From NCBI RefSeq assembly GCF_020745735.1, contig NC_083420.1, positions 51,217,931 through 51,281,930 of the forward strand: 64,000 nucleotides of DNA. Direction: 5' to 3'. The notes beneath the pieces are model-generated. The model was not told the DNA's origin. It made no database searches and saw only the letters and a program-made list of their open reading frames with translations. Below, one piece after another: positions 1-13,556 of the stretch. Position 1 is the first letter of the stretch; the number at the start of each line of letters is the position of its first letter. Position numbers and translations under genes: made by a program. The stretch comes from Hemiscyllium ocellatum. Taxonomy: Eukaryota.

Positions 1-345
1 TTTCCCTGGGGTCGGGGAGTCAAATAGACAAAGTCTTTTCCCTGGGGTCAGGGAGTCCAGAACTAGAGGGCATAGGTTTAGTGTGAGAGGGGAAAGATAT
101 AAAAGGGACGTAAGGGGCAACATTTTCATGAGACATGTATGGAATGACCTGCCAGAGGAAGTGGTGGAGGCTGGTGCAATTGCAACAGTTAAAACACATT
201 TGAATGGGTATATTAAAAGGAAAGGTTTGGAAGGATATGGGCCAGGTACTGGTAGGTGGGATTGGATCGGGTTGGGCTATCTGGTCGACATGGATGGATT
301 GGACCAAAGGGTCTGTTTCCATGCTGTACATCTCTATGACTCTAG
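1..345 (+). mobile_element. HER1/CR1 LINE 3' fragment
   Basis: TRGHRF..RGERYKRD..WNDLPEEVVEAG..LDGY-type C-terminus and TCTATGACTCTA tail. Confidence 0.88.
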
Positions 346-483
346 AACAAAAGAGACGGACCATGATAAGGTGAAGGTAGGAGACATTAAATGATGAAAG
401 GGATGGTATTGAAAAGTAAAGAACAAGAGATGGAGCTACAGGAGGTATGAATGGAAAATAGTAGTGTCATCACCAACAACAGT

Positions 484-563
484 GGGCGGCACAGTGGCAC
501 AGTGGTTAGCACTGCTGCCTCGCAGTGCTAGAGACCCGGGTTCAATTCCAGACTCAGGTGACT
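484..563 (+). mobile_element. HE1-type SINE tRNA-derived head (truncated)
   Basis: GGGCGGCACAGTGGCACAGTGGTTAGCACTGCTGCCTC..GGTTCAATTCC with A and B boxes. Confidence 0.8.
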
Positions 564-996
564 CAGGTAAAGGGGTAAATTGCTGTTTCACTGTGCCCCA
601 GTTGGGTGAAGGTTGCAAATCCTCCACTTGCTTGGAAAGCTGTTTTGGGGGGAGTGATTGAGGAGTGGACTGCAGCATCAGAAAAAGAACTCCTGCTTCA
701 CAATGCTAGGGTAAAGAGAACTTGCATTTGTTGGTAGCATCATGCTGAAGGTGGCAGTAATGGCAGAGAATGATCTGTTTGATATGATGGCTGCTGAGGT
801 GGAAGGTGAGGATAAGGAGTATGTTGTGGAAAAAGCTGGGTGATAGAACTGAGAATAGAAGTGTGCACATTATGTCAGACACTATTAAGGGTCCTGTCAA
901 TTATGGCGTTGGGGAATCCTGAGTTGAGGGCAAAGGAAGACATATCAGAATGTGACATTGTCAAAACTGATGCAACATTGTCTATCTTATACATTG

Positions 997-2027
997 CAGG
1001 CATGGTACATTGGGGAAACTGAGCAAAGACTACGACAACGGATGAATGGGCACCGCACAACAATCAACAGACATGAGGGTTCCCTCCCAGTTGGGGAACA
1101 CTTCAGTGGTCCAGGACATTCAGCCTCGGACCTTCGGGTGTCCATCCTCCAAGGTGAACTTCGGGACAGGCAGCAGAGGAAAGTGGCCGAGCAGAGGCTG
1201 ATAGCTAAGTTCGGTACCCATAGGGAGGGCCTCAACAGGGACCTTGGGTTCATGTCACATTACAGATGATCACCATTGCACTACACACACACACAGATAT
1301 TCCTACACACACACACTCTCACATACACACGGACACAGGTACACACAGGCGTGCACACAGACACCTACACACACCCGTATAGACACACACACTCCCACGC
1401 TTACACATGCACCCCCTCGCAGACTTAAGACACTCTGCACCCACCACACACACACACACACACACTTTCTCACACTCACAACCCCCACCCCAGACAGACA
1501 GACACACACAGACAGACAAAGACCCACATGCACACAAATATTTTGTGGGGTGAATTTGTATTGTACAGTTACATTGCACTTTGCTCAAAAACTGCATACA
1601 TTCATGTAGAACTCTGAGCTCAAAAACTGCAGGAATTTATGTAAAACACTGTTATCTCACTTATTAGATTAGAATCAATCTTAACATCAGGTCATAGACA
1701 GAGAACACAGGGGCGAACACCTTCAACATATTGTCTAGCTATCACCATTGTTAGCAGTAACCCGAGAATGCAACTTTAAAAAGAAGGGTTTTGTGATTTA
1801 CACATGAAAGAAGTGAAACTATCACTGTATTCTAACAGATGAAAGGCTTAACAGACAATCAATTTTTCAATGTATAATTTCAGTTACATCACACTGTAAA
1901 TTTTTGCTATAAATTCTGTTACGATCGAGCCCTCCACAATCACCTGATGAAGGAGCGTCGCTCCAAAAGCTAGTGTGCTTCCAATTAAAGCTGTTGGACT
2001 ATAACCTGGTGTTGTGTGATTTTTAAC
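997..2027 (+). mobile_element. Penelope-like element family A, 5'-truncated (GIY-YIG end, CA-rich 3' UTR, hammerhead)
   Basis: ORF AWYIGETEQRLRQRMNGH...EHF...GLNRD is a GIY-YIG endonuclease C-terminus; followed by a (CA)n-rich tract and a hammerhead motif. Confidence 0.9.
1941..1975 (+). ncRNA. Minimal type I hammerhead, family A, probably inactive
   Basis: CAC-CTGATGA-A-GGAGC-GTC-GCTCC-AAAA-GC-TA-GTG; core GAAA has become AAAA (G12 lost at a CpG) compared with the copy at 54867. Confidence 0.75.
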
Positions 2028-2597
2028 GATGCATGCAAGAGAAAAAATTCTTACAGGAAGATAAGATCAATCAAGGTACCATTGACAGCTAGTGAACCTA
2101 TCATAGCTATGAATCAAAGGCAAGTGGAGATAGAGAAGGAAAGTGTCGCAAATAGACCAATTGAATGCCAGGAATTGTTGAAATTGGGAGCAATATTGAT
2201 TACATTTTCTAGTTTAGGGCAAGAGCAAAATTTGACATTGACATAGTCTTCAATGAAAGAGGTGAGAGGATAGGCAATGGGGTAACTTGGACTGAAACGC
2301 AGTCTGTCCTGACTATCTGAAGGGGCAGATGTAGTAAGAAGCAAGGTGAGTGCCTACAGCTCGAGGAGGAAGTGACAGAATTGAAGGAGAAATTGCTCAA
2401 AGTGAGAACAAATTCAAAAATGTGGAAATGGTGGTGAAGAAATACTGATGGTGGATGGGGATTGGTAAATGCATCGATTCATGTATCATTCAGAGAGATC
2501 TCACACCATCCTGATGGGGAATGGAGGTGGTGAGGTATTGGATATCCCAGTGAGAAAATTATCAGGGCCAAGAAACTGGAGGATGTTGAATGATTTA

Positions 2598-2732
2598 CAA
2601 AATCCAAAGGACTACCGATGCTGGAAATCAGAAGCAAAATCAGAAATTGCTGGGAAATCTGAGCAGGTCTGACAGCATCTGTGGACAGAAAGCTGAGTTA
2701 ACGTTTCGGGTCCAGTGACCCTTCTTCAGAAC
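2598..2732 (-). mobile_element. Short Penelope pLTR-derived fragment, family C
   Basis: Begins at a hammerhead and continues into a CAGATGCTG..CAGACCTGCT..CCAGCATC tail resembling those of the other Penelope families. Confidence 0.65.
2697..2732 (-). ncRNA. Minimal type I hammerhead, family C, intact core
   Basis: Minus strand reads GTT-CTGAAGA-A-GGGTC-ACTG-GACCC-GAAA-CG-TT-AAC; helix I GTT/AAC, helix II 5 bp, palindromic AACGTT helix III. Confidence 0.8.
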
Positions 2733-4709
2733 ACAAAAAAAAGACTCACCGGTGTGGACTTGAAGAGATTGGATGAGGAGAGAAAAAAAAGAGTTGGGAT
2801 AGGAATAAGATAAAAGTATGGAAAATACGAGCAGGCCATTCAATGCAAACACAGCTGATCTGCAACATCAACTACAGTTTCCTGTTTGCGGTTCTTAACC
2901 TTTGATTCCCTGAGAGATCTGTCTATCACAGCCTTAAGTGCACTGAATAATTAAGAATCCACAACCTTCTAGGGTAGAGAATTCCAAAGATTCACAACCT
3001 TTGGAGTGAAGAAATCTCTCCACATCTCAGTCCTAAATTATCAACCACTGATCCTGAAACTGCCCTAAATTCCCTAGCAAGGGGAAACAACCTTTCAGTG
3101 TCTAACCTGGCAAGTCTCTTCAAAATGTGATATGTTTCAGTGAAATCATTCTTCTAATCTCCAGAGAATATAAGCCAGGTTTACTGCACCTCTCATCATA
3201 GCACAATCGCCTCATCCCAGCGGCCAAAAAAGTGAACCTTCACTGTACTGCCTCCAATGTAATTATGTTCTTCTTAGAATAAATTGCAATGGCTGGTCTT
3301 ATCAGAGCAGTTCTATTTGAGGATCTTAGGAAGGAGACAGAAGTGGACTGTGTGGGATTGAGAATTGTTCCACTTGGGGGGCCTAGGAACAAAGTGTCCC
3401 CAGAGATGTTGAAGACAGTGACTATCTGAGCAAAGATGACTTGACATTCAATGGTAGAGTCACGGTCCAGTCCTGTTCTTGTCACATTACTGGCAAAGTT
3501 ACTTGGGTAAAGCCTCGAGGAACATGTGGGTTGATATTTGAAACCAAGGAGGAAAGCAATGGAGGCTCGGATCACAAACATAGCTGATGTAGCTGAAAGC
3601 TTCGATTTACACAGAGGCGTATGCATGGAGCTTCAGATAGCTGTGTGATTCCCCCTGGTGGTAACAAGTAGCAGAACTGCCTTACTTTGCAGTTCCCACA
3701 GATCACAAATTACTGAAGAAATAAGCTTCAGCAAGTCACATGGTTCCAAAATCGCAGAATAATAATATTTTACTTTACATGCAATGAAATTTATAATGGA
3801 AGAGATTTAAAGACATATTTCTAATCAAAATGTTGAAAAATAAACACAAAAAAGCAATTAGTTGAGCAGCAATCAGAAGAATTTGGGACTATGTAATTAA
3901 ACAATGCCCTTTCATGCTCGAATCCATGTAGACAGACGCCTAATCCCTGGGGCACTTGTAACTGTCAATAGTGTCTGATACCCCAATATTAAACTTCTTC
4001 TGATTAGCATGAAAATGCTTCCAATATAAAACAAGCATGAGTATTGAAAACTTGAAATCAAAACCAGAAGAGTGCTAATAGACCACAGTTTATTGACAGA
4101 AACATTGGACTCATTGATAATTATTGGAAATCTTTGTATTGACTGGAAACATACCCAGCAGAAAGGAAGATGATGGTGAATTGTAAGTCAATCATCTCAG
4201 CCCCAGAACATCACTGCAGGAGTTCCTCAGGACAGGTTTTTAATTAACTTGTTCAGGTACATTAGGACACATAACTGGAGCGTAAGGGATTTGAATTCGG
4301 GCTGTTTAGCTCACAAGGTAGGGATAGCAACACTGTGCCACAACAACTCCATACGCTCCTCAGGACAATGTCCCACACACAATTATTTTCACCTACCTCC
4401 CTTCATCATAAGGTTAGAAATGGGATGGTCACTGACATTAGTAACTTCCATTCATATTCAGTCCATGCTTGCATCCTACAATAGTAAGGATTAGGCTGAA
4501 AAGTGACAAGTGACTTTCATATCACACAAGTTCCAGAAAATGACCAATGCTAACAGGAATCCTGTTCTGTGGAGAACTTCTGCAGTGTATTATACATATA
4601 GTGAAGGAGGAAATTCAAGAAATTTTAAGAAATTAACTCCTGCTAAAGCCTAGGGTTTTTTTTGCACGTAGTGTGTAACCTAATTTCAACTGAACTTACG
4701 GTCTCTTTC

Positions 4710-5210
4710 ATAGAGAGATATGAGTTATAGAGCATGGAACAGACTTTTGGTCCAACTCGTCCATTTCCCAAACTGAACTAGTCCCATCTGCCTGCGTTAG
4801 GCCCATATTCATGTTCACGTACCTATCTAAATGTCTTTTAAATGGTGTAGTTCTATTTGCATCTACCACTTCCTTTGGCAGTTCGTTCTATAAATTCTCC
4901 ACTCTGTGTGAAAAAGTTGTCCCTCAGGACCCTTTTATATCTTTCTCCTCTCAGCTGAAACCTATGCCCTCTGGTTTTGAACTCTCCTACCCTAGGGAAA
5001 AGACTTTGGTTCTTCACATTATCCATGCCTCTCATGATAATATAAACTTCTATAAGGTCACCCCTCAGCCTCCTATGCTCCAGAAAAAAAAGTCTCAGCC
5101 TGTGCGGTCTCTCCTCATAACTCAAACCCTCTGGTCTTAGTAACATCATTGTAAATTTTTTTTGTATCAATTCAGTTTATCAGAATTATATGCAGTATTC
5201 CAAAAGTGCC
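4710..5210 (-). mobile_element. HER1/CR1 LINE 3' fragment
   Basis: LSYEER..LEHRRLRGDLIEVYIIMRG..TRGH on the minus strand. Confidence 0.82.
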
Positions 5211-6019
5211 CACAAACTAGCTGATTACTGGCAGCCCAATCATGTGGCTTGTTAGAACTGTTAACTACTGTCAAATGACTCAAATCTTTCGAATTTGAGT
5301 ATTTTTTCCCTTAAGGGAAATAAAGTAGTAACTGGGTTCTAAAAGATGGATAATACAGATTAATTTTAGACCATGGACTAGCTGAGACATGGTGTTAGGA
5401 ATTCCTGTGCCATTTGGAAATGTCAGGACACTTTAAGTATCTTGGGGGAACCACTTGTGTTGGAAGGTTCTCCAGCTGTCTGAGCTTGATTTGTGGAGCA
5501 TCAGGTAAGTAAAGAACTTTCTTAATTGAACGCTCCAAGGAGGTGGCCACCCTGCACACCTCACATATAATCACACTATCTGGCCATGTTCTGGTATTAG
5601 TCATTCTAATAGCTGGTACTTTGAAGCTCACACTGTTTCCAAGAATGTAGCACCGCCTAAGTGAAGGTCTGGATTTACAAATGGTGTAGTAGAGACTTTT
5701 GCACATCCATTATATCCAGAATCCAGTTTACCGATAGGAGATGCAATCTGACTCAAGTGTTGCAAGCTTATATCAAACTGCAGGCTCTCCTAAGTGAGTA
5801 GCTACTCAGTAATATGTTCAATGCTAGACATTCGGATGCTGCCTGCAACTCTATGATCAGCCACAGGTTAATCACCAACCCCAAGCACAATTTAGGAGAC
5901 TTATCAAATTCTACCTCTTTCCTAAATTTATCAGCAGTCCACATTCATTTTATGCTGATAATTTGTTGAAAGTATCTGATATTTAAAATGGATATTCGTG
6001 GCAATATTGACAAGGAAAT

Positions 6020-6492
6020 GATTTACAAAGATGTTGCCAGGATTGGAGGATTTGAGCGAAAGGGAGAGGCTGAAGAGGCTGGGGCTGTTTTTCCTGATGT
6101 GTCGAAGGCTGAGGGGTGACCTTATAGAGTTTTACAAAATTATGAGGGGCATGGATAGGATAAGTAGACAAAGTCTTTTCCCTGAGGTCGGGGAGTCCAG
6201 AACTAGAGGGCATAGGTTTAGAGTGAGAGGGGAAAGATATAAGAGACCTAAGGGGCAAGTTTTTCACACAGAGGGTGGTACGAATATGGAATGAGCTGTC
6301 AGAGGAAGTGGTGGAGGCTGGTACAATTGCAACATTTAAAAGGCATTTGGATGGGTATATGAATAGGAAGGGTTTGGAGGGATTTAGGCGGGTGCTGGCA
6401 GGTGGGACTAGATTGGGTTGGGATATCTGGTCGGCATGGACGGGTTGGACCGAAGGGTTTGTTTCCATTCTGTACATCTCTCTGACTCTATC
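6020..6492 (+). mobile_element. HER1/CR1 LINE 3' fragment
   Basis: MLPGLEDLS..RRLRGDLIEFYKIMRG..WNELSEEVVEAG plus the 3' tail. Confidence 0.88.
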
Positions 6493-8523
6493 TCTGGAAG
6501 TCAGCACTTTGTTTTCATGATTGGACCAAGGTGGTAATGAGTTCAGGAGGCATATGGGGCCAATGGAACCCAATTTGAGCACTAGCATACAGATTATTGC
6601 TGAGTAAGTGGTTTTGATCGAATTGTTAACTACCCTATCAATTTGCCTATGGTTGAGAGTAGACTGATGGGACAGTAAATGACTGAGCTGGATTTGACTA
6701 GTTGTTTTTTTTGTGGACAGGACATACCTGAGCACCACTCCCATCACCTCAAATGACTAGAGTTACTTGTTCTCAGCTTGACTGCAGCCTTTTAATGAAC
6801 CAGATTGATGGTTCTTCAGGGTTGATTGAAAAAATATTTAAGACATTCTGCGGTTAAAAGTTGCTGGACATTCAGGAAATCTTAGTTTCAAATTTCCTGT
6901 CTACAACTCCATCCTCTGCACTAAACACATTTTGAACCCATGACCATCTGATTCAGAGACAAATCCTGCTATTACTGACAGGTTTGACTGTGATATTTTT
7001 GCATACAAGGATGGAAAGGCCTAGCAGGAGCCACATAGAAACTTCTTACAAAATGGGTCCTTCTCTGTGTGCACTAATAGTTGATATATTTGTTTTTTTT
7101 AATGTACTCTAGAATATAGTCCTGCAAATTCAACTGTTTTCTTGATATCAAAATTAATGGATTCTGGTTACTTTTATATATTCCTATATTACAGAATTAA
7201 CATTTGATATTTTATGAAAATGAAAACACAAATGGCATTTGGGTTATCAATTGTAATATCATCTCCCTAAAAGCAGGCATAGGAAGTGTGAATATCATAC
7301 CATGCATCTTGGCCAACTTCAATGCTGTACACCAGCCTTAATCATCACTAATGGCAATCTAACCCATGAAGGTAACACTTCTAAAGGTTGATATGTCAAT
7401 ATGCCTCTATAAATATAAATCATTAGGTGACCATCTGCAAGAAGCATCCTTGCAACAAACTGATATTTCCAATGATCTTTTCAAAAAGAAGAAGTTAAAA
7501 TCCAAAAGCGTGCTTTCTTTTCTGACCCAGCAACCTGCCCCCAGCCTGAGAACCTCCACGTGAATTACTTTTGGAAGCTTCGGCATATTTTGCTGATCAT
7601 CAAACCCCAGAAGGTCAAGAATTCAATGGCACGTAGCTGTTCAATTTCTGGCATTTTGGGATATGTTCTTCACCAACATCACTTTCCTCCAACACATTAA
7701 TATTCTGGTATCAGATAGAGGGTAAGGCATGACTGGCCTGAGGGTGTAATGACAACAGAGACTGAATAAAGAAGGGCATGTGAATGTGTAGTGAGAACAT
7801 AAATAAAGAATATAAGAAATAGGAGCAGGAATGGACTAAATGGCCTGTTAAGCCTTTTCCACAATTCAATAGCATCATAATGACTCTTTGGCTTTGTTCA
7901 GTCCCCATACCTCATGATTCCCTAAGAGACCAAACATCAATCCATTTCAGCCTTTAATATATTCAATGACTGAACATCCACAGCCCAAAAAAGTGAATAG
8001 ATGTTGCCTCACCACCTAATAATTAACCTTCTATCATGCAGGTTTGCTCCCCAATGGCTAGGTGTCTACCCTATCAAGTCCCTACAAAATTCAGTACGGT
8101 TCAATGAAATCCAAATCTAATTAGTACTGATGTCGAGGAAGATGAATTCTTGGAATAAATGCAAAATGGTTTCTGCAGCAGATCTGCAGAACCAACTAAT
8201 GGATAGGTTATTTTTGATCTAGTAATGTGCAATAAAAAAAGGACTGATTACTAATGGTTTTGTATAGAAGCTTTTAGGGAAGAATGAACATAATATGATG
8301 GAATTTTCCATTAATTTTGAAAATGATGTAATTCATTCAGAAACTAGGGACGTACATCTCAACAAAGGAAACTGATAAGGTATGAAGTGCCATGATTCAC
8401 TGGGATAGCACACTGTGTTCCAAGAAAAACCAGCAATATGATACGTGAAACAGTGGGAGCTTTATTAAGGGGGTGTTCACTCTGTCAGCAGCAAGGTTAG
8501 ATTAAGCTAGTTACCAATTGCAT

Positions 8524-8994
8524 AGGACATGCAGGTCCTTGGACTCCTCCACCGGCAAAACATAACAACACGACGGCTGGAGGAGGAGCGCCTCATCTTC
8601 CGCCTGGGAACCCTCCAACCACAAGGTATGAATTCAGATTTCTCCAGTTTCCTCATTTCCCCTCCCCCCACCTTGTCTCAGTCGGTTCCCTCAACTCAGC
8701 ACCGCCCTCCTAACCTGCAATCTCCTTCCTGACCTCTCCGCCCCCACCCCACTCTGGCCTATCACCCTCACCTTGACCTCCTTCCACCTATCCCACCTCC
8801 ATCGCCCCTCCCCCAAGTCCCTCCTCCCTACCTTTTATCTTAGCCTGCTTGGCTACTCTCTCTCATTCCTGATGAAGGGCTTATGCTCGAAACGTCGAAT
8901 TCCCTATTCCTGAGATGCTGCCTGGCCTGCTGTGCTTTGACCAGCAACACATTTTCAGCTGTGATCTCCAGCATCTGCAGACCTCATTTTTTAC
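8524..8994 (+). mobile_element. Penelope-like element family B, 3' end
   Basis: Encodes MQVLGLLHRQN..RRLEEERLIFRLGTLQPQGMN, near-identical to the copy at 24.8-25.8 kb; followed by a C-rich UTR and a hammerhead. Confidence 0.88.
8865..8900 (+). ncRNA. Minimal type I hammerhead, family B, intact core
   Basis: ATTC-CTGATGA-A-GGGC-TTAT-GCTC-GAAA-CG-TC-GAAT. Confidence 0.8.
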
Positions 8995-10659
8995 ACTTAA
9001 ATGAGACAGTCCACCAATCCACGTAAATACATAACATGAGTCATCACAAAAGTTGAAGGTTTTAAAGTAAGTACACAAAATTCCAAGTTTACCTGATTTT
9101 CAGATCCAGGTTGACAGAAAGCACACACCAAGTTTCTGTGCTTATAAATGACCATTTATTACAAGTAATTAGACTCTAACACCAGGTAAACAATAGAACG
9201 CCACAAATTAAAAACTTTAATCCTCTGAAATATTCACCTTTGAGACACACACACACATACCAAGAAAGATGAACTGTGGTTGGAGGAAAGCTGTGAGGCT
9301 GTGCAGTGCCTTGCTCAGATGTTCCTTATGATTCCGATGCTGGTCAGAATATTGCTTTTCAGTCATCTTTCTCCAGATACTTCCACTAGTTCGCAAGAGA
9401 CACAAAGTTGCTGATTTATCAGTTAAAAGTCACAACTGAAGGAAAGATGAACTGGTGTTCTTCAGGTTTAAAATAGGTTTTGACTGCAGAGAACAGAGAA
9501 ACAGCTTCTGTGCTGATGGACATCAAAACAGTTCTCTCTATCTTGTGCCCATCACCAAATTGTTCAGTTACCTGAGGACCAATTGGCAGGCAAACGGCAC
9601 TAGTCCATAGACACCAAACAACTTCCGTTGCCACACAGTTGCATCTATACAATTCCCCTTGGTTCTGAGTCTTCCGTAATAACTTCAGTTATTGTCTGTC
9701 CAAAAAGCTGTTTAAACTATGTTTGCCATGAGTGTTGGGTTACTTACTTTTCAAAATGCAGCAACCCTTTAAAACACGGGCTTTAAAATAATTCTTCCTC
9801 ACTTCAGGCCACAATTTTAGAAAAACTCAAAAAACAAAGATCTTTACAGAGAAAAACGTGGCTATGGTATTATTGGAAAATTGCATTAAAAGACATGATG
9901 GCAGTCAGGCAATGGCTAACATTTAAAGAACTAATACAGAGTTTACAACAAAAATACATTTCTTGAATGCTAAATAACCATTACGGAAAATCTTCCAATA
10001 ATATTAATGAAAGGAATCAAGACCGTATTAATCAAAGAAAGATGTGTTAAAGTTACCCATAAAATGGAAAGCACGAGGATTTTTAAAATTCTTCCATGAG
10101 ATGTGAGCATCAGTGACTGGACCAGCATTTACTGTCCATCTATAACTGCTCTTTTGGAAAGCTGAAGTACATTTGGTATAAGTACCTTACAGTGCTGTTA
10201 GGAAGTAGTTGATGGTGAATTGTTGCACAGCATCCTGTAGACAGTACAAACTGTTGCCACTATGTAACAGTGGTGGAGGGAATGAATGTTGAAGGTGTTA
10301 GATTGGATTTCAGTCAATCAAGTTGCATCAACCTGGTTGGTGTCAAGCATCTTATGATCTGCACTCACCCAGGCAAGCAGACAGAATTCAATCACTCTCG
10401 TGACCTGTGCTCTGTGGATGGTGGACAAACTTTGGGGAGTCAAGGGGTGAGTTACTCACCACTGAAATCCCTAGTCTCTGTCCTGGTGTATTAGCCATGG
10501 TATATTTCACTTTTTAAAAAGTATAGTAATCATTTCCATAATACTGCATTTTTAAAATCAGCTCTTTTCCCATTTCAGTTTACAATCAAGAGTACAGAAA
10601 AATAACAAGAAAGATCTGTCCACAAATGCAAACACGTTATGCAAAAAAGGAGCGACAGA

Positions 10660-12130
10660 CAGAAAATAGGGGATTATAGATCCGTTTGTCATAAGAAAGT
10701 GCTAGGGTATATATAAAAAAGTGACAAGGGGACAGTCGACAAATCAAATGAGAATTGGACACAGCCATCATGGATACATAAAGGGAAATCACCTTGAAAA
10801 AAACCTGTTCGCAGTTTTTTGAAGATGTAGCTATCAGAATTGATAAACAGAAACAACTGGATGTGGTATTTTTAGAAAGCTTTTCGTAAGGTCCAACAAA
10901 GAAGGTTACTAAACATAATTATAGTGTGCAGAATTTGGGGAGAATATACTGGTATGGATTGAAAATTGATTAATGCTCTGAAAACAGAGAGTAGGAATGT
11001 ATAGGTTATTCTCAGGTTAGCAGGCTGTGACATGTGGAGTACTCCAAGCATCAGTACTTGGACCCCACTATTCACGATTCATAGCAATAGATTGGACCTG
11101 GTGATTGAATGTAATACTTCCAGGTTGACAGATTACACAAAACTAGAGGGAAGTTAGAACTGTGAAATGGATACAAAGACACGTTGGAGAGGCTGTCAAT
11201 AGGCAAAGAAATGCCAGATGGAATACAATGTGGAGAAATGTGAGGTTATGCACTTTGTGAAAATAACATGCAGTATATACAGAGTATTTCTTAAATGGCA
11301 AAAGACCGGAAAGTGTTGCACTTTGAAGGAATATTGGCCTTTGACAAGGAGATTTGAACTCAGGAGTAAAAATGTCTTCCTACTGTACAATTATATAGTG
11401 CTTTATAAGACCATAGTTACGCGCAAGTTTGATCTCCTCATGTACAGGCATGTGGATTGGCCATAGAGGGAGTGCAATGAACATTCATGCTCTAATTCCT
11501 GGAAGAAGAGATAGTCCTATGTAGAAAAATTCAACAGACCACGTCCTTAGTCTTTGCACTTTGGAAGAATGGGAGGTGATCTCATTCAAACTTACAGAAT
11601 TTTTTTAACAAAGAACAGACATTTCTGGCAAAACTCAGCAGCTCTGATAGCATCAAGGGTCCCAGGAGTCATTAGATCTGAAATATTAACACTGTTTTTC
11701 TCTCTTCAGAAACTGCCAGACCTGCAAAGTTTCACCAAAAATTTGTTTTTGTTTGTTTCAGATTGCTAGCATCCACATTTATTATCTATCAAATGCTTAC
11801 ATTGCTCTTCAGGGTAGATGCTGGAAGGTTGCTTTCTTGGCTGAGGTGGCTACAATCAGCAGACAATGTCTAAGAGTAAGGAGCAGGCGATTTAGGATTG
11901 AATTGTGGAGAAGTGTCTTGATCCAAGGACGGTGAATCTTTGGAATCCTTTGGCCAGAAGGCCATGGAGGTTCATTGAGTAGGCTGAAGACTGAGATTGA
12001 TAGAGTTTGACATGTGAAAAACAAAAAGGGATACAGGGATGATGCAGGAAAATAAGGTTGAAGATCAGTCATTACATTTAATGGCGGAATGGGCTCAAAA
12101 GCCTGAATCTCCTATCCTGCTCTTTCGCTT
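10660..12130 (+). mobile_element. Decayed CR1 LINE RT region, with a degenerate Penelope palindrome near 11600-11780
   Basis: WQMEYNVEKCEVMHF, GDLIQTY and DFxKAF-like remnants with many stops. Confidence 0.6.
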
Positions 12131-13379
12131 ATTCTCATGAGATCACCTCTCATTTTTCTGAACCTCAATGAAATCGGCTCAACTAACTCAACCCTTTCAG
12201 GAATGAATGTTGAGAAATTTCACTGCAAGAGCAGCATGCTTAAGTATGGGTATTCTCTGGCATCTAGCTCAACATGAAAACTACAGTTTGGTTGTGCTTT
12301 TCTGTATGAAATGACAGGAGGTTGACTTGTAAAATAGATAATTCATTAATGGTATTTGATTTAAAGGGAACAGCCTGGACCAAGGCTCAAAAACTAGTCA
12401 GTCCAATAGAATGCAGTTCTCTTCTATCTAACTTATGGTTGACATAAGGTAAATGTGTGCCTGAAGGTCTTGTTACCCAGCTTACTTACTTCAACTTACA
12501 CCACCCACTGAAACATCCTTCTCCAATGCTTCCAAAACATTTCACTTTTACGATAACAACTGCTCAAAGAAAATACAAAACTTTTTTTTTTAACCGATCC
12601 TGCAATTTTCCTGCAGCAGGTTGTCCATAACAGTGTTCAGGAGACTAATGTGTCCAGTTCCTATGAGTCACCAGGGTGATCTTGAAAGATTGACTGATGC
12701 TGGTTGCAAATGTCTTTGGTGAGTTTGGGCAGTTTCAAACCATCTCTAACTAGCCAGGAAGGGGCCACAGCACCAAACTGGCAGAGAATTATCTCACTTA
12801 CAGGTTTCATCACTTATTTCTTTTACTCAGAAATGCTATCACACACTGCTAAGTGACTTGCTCACCACCAAAACTACTGTGATGTCTTTATTTTGCATTT
12901 TTTAAACTACTGCCAGAAATCACCAAGTAGCCAATTAAATAGTTACCAGCAAAGCCCATTATGGACAGTGCAAGCCATCAAAAGTGAGGGAGAAGTAGGG
13001 TGAGAGGGAAGGAAGTAAATCAAAATGGCGTTGGAGTTGAAGGGAACTTTTTCAGGTAATTTTTATTTGTAAACTTATAACCACCACGAGTAAAATCACT
13101 CGTGGAGCCAACCTAATCGTTTCAAGCAACACGTATTATGGGGAATGCAAGCTATCAAAAGTGAGGGAGAGGGAATATACTAATCAAAATGGAGATGGAG
13201 GGGGAAACACTTACAGGTGATTAACTGCTGCTGGAGATGGGAAAACAACCGTCACTGATGATGATCATGGAGGTGATGATCAGTCACACCAGCTGCAGAA
13301 TTAAACACGTTTCACTTTTTAGAGAGAATGAAAATGAATTGGGAAATATGTGAACTGGATTTACATTTCTCATAGACAC

Positions 13380-13540
13380 CTGCTTTGACCTGCCTCTCTC
13401 AGGAAGCAGCCAGTTGAGCTGAAGCCCGCGGTGCACTGCGCTCTTGGCCTGACCTCACTCCCGAGATACTCCTGCTTTTGGAGAGTGGCGGGAAGGCCTG
13501 ACCTCACTCCCATGTTGCCCGGTGCGTTTGTGGCACGACC
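13380..13540 (+). promoter_or_regulatory. Probable ATP5MF promoter / 5' UTR
   Basis: CpG-enriched patch with three TGACCT nuclear-receptor half-sites, two of them within a 17-bp direct repeat (13446-13462, 13495-13511). Confidence 0.5.
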
Positions 13541-13556
13541 ATGGGGAAAGAAACAG
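13541..13556 (+). CDS. ATP5MF: ATP5MF probable coding exon 1 (MGKET + G)
   Basis: Kozak accATGG in a local CpG-rich patch; 16 nt ending in a phase-1 donor (CAG/GTTAGA) that joins exon 2 in frame and gives an 89-aa protein, typical of subunit f. Confidence 0.6.

Noticed and set aside
484-563. tRNA gene
   Set aside because: A/B boxes are present but the sequence is the HE1 SINE head also seen at 36.4 and 45.9 kb; no complete cloverleaf or terminator.
1244-1609. Thr/His-rich and Cys/Val-rich ORFs
   Set aside because: Translations of the (CA)n-rich Penelope 3' UTR.
3648-3665. CTCF-like motif (CCACCAGGGGG on minus)
   Set aside because: A single partial motif match is expected by chance in 64 kb and cannot be supported from sequence alone.
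5983-6747. 254-aa minus-strand ORF and similar METDP/MPSSS ORFs
   Set aside because: Antisense frames of CR1 3' ends that recur at every copy.
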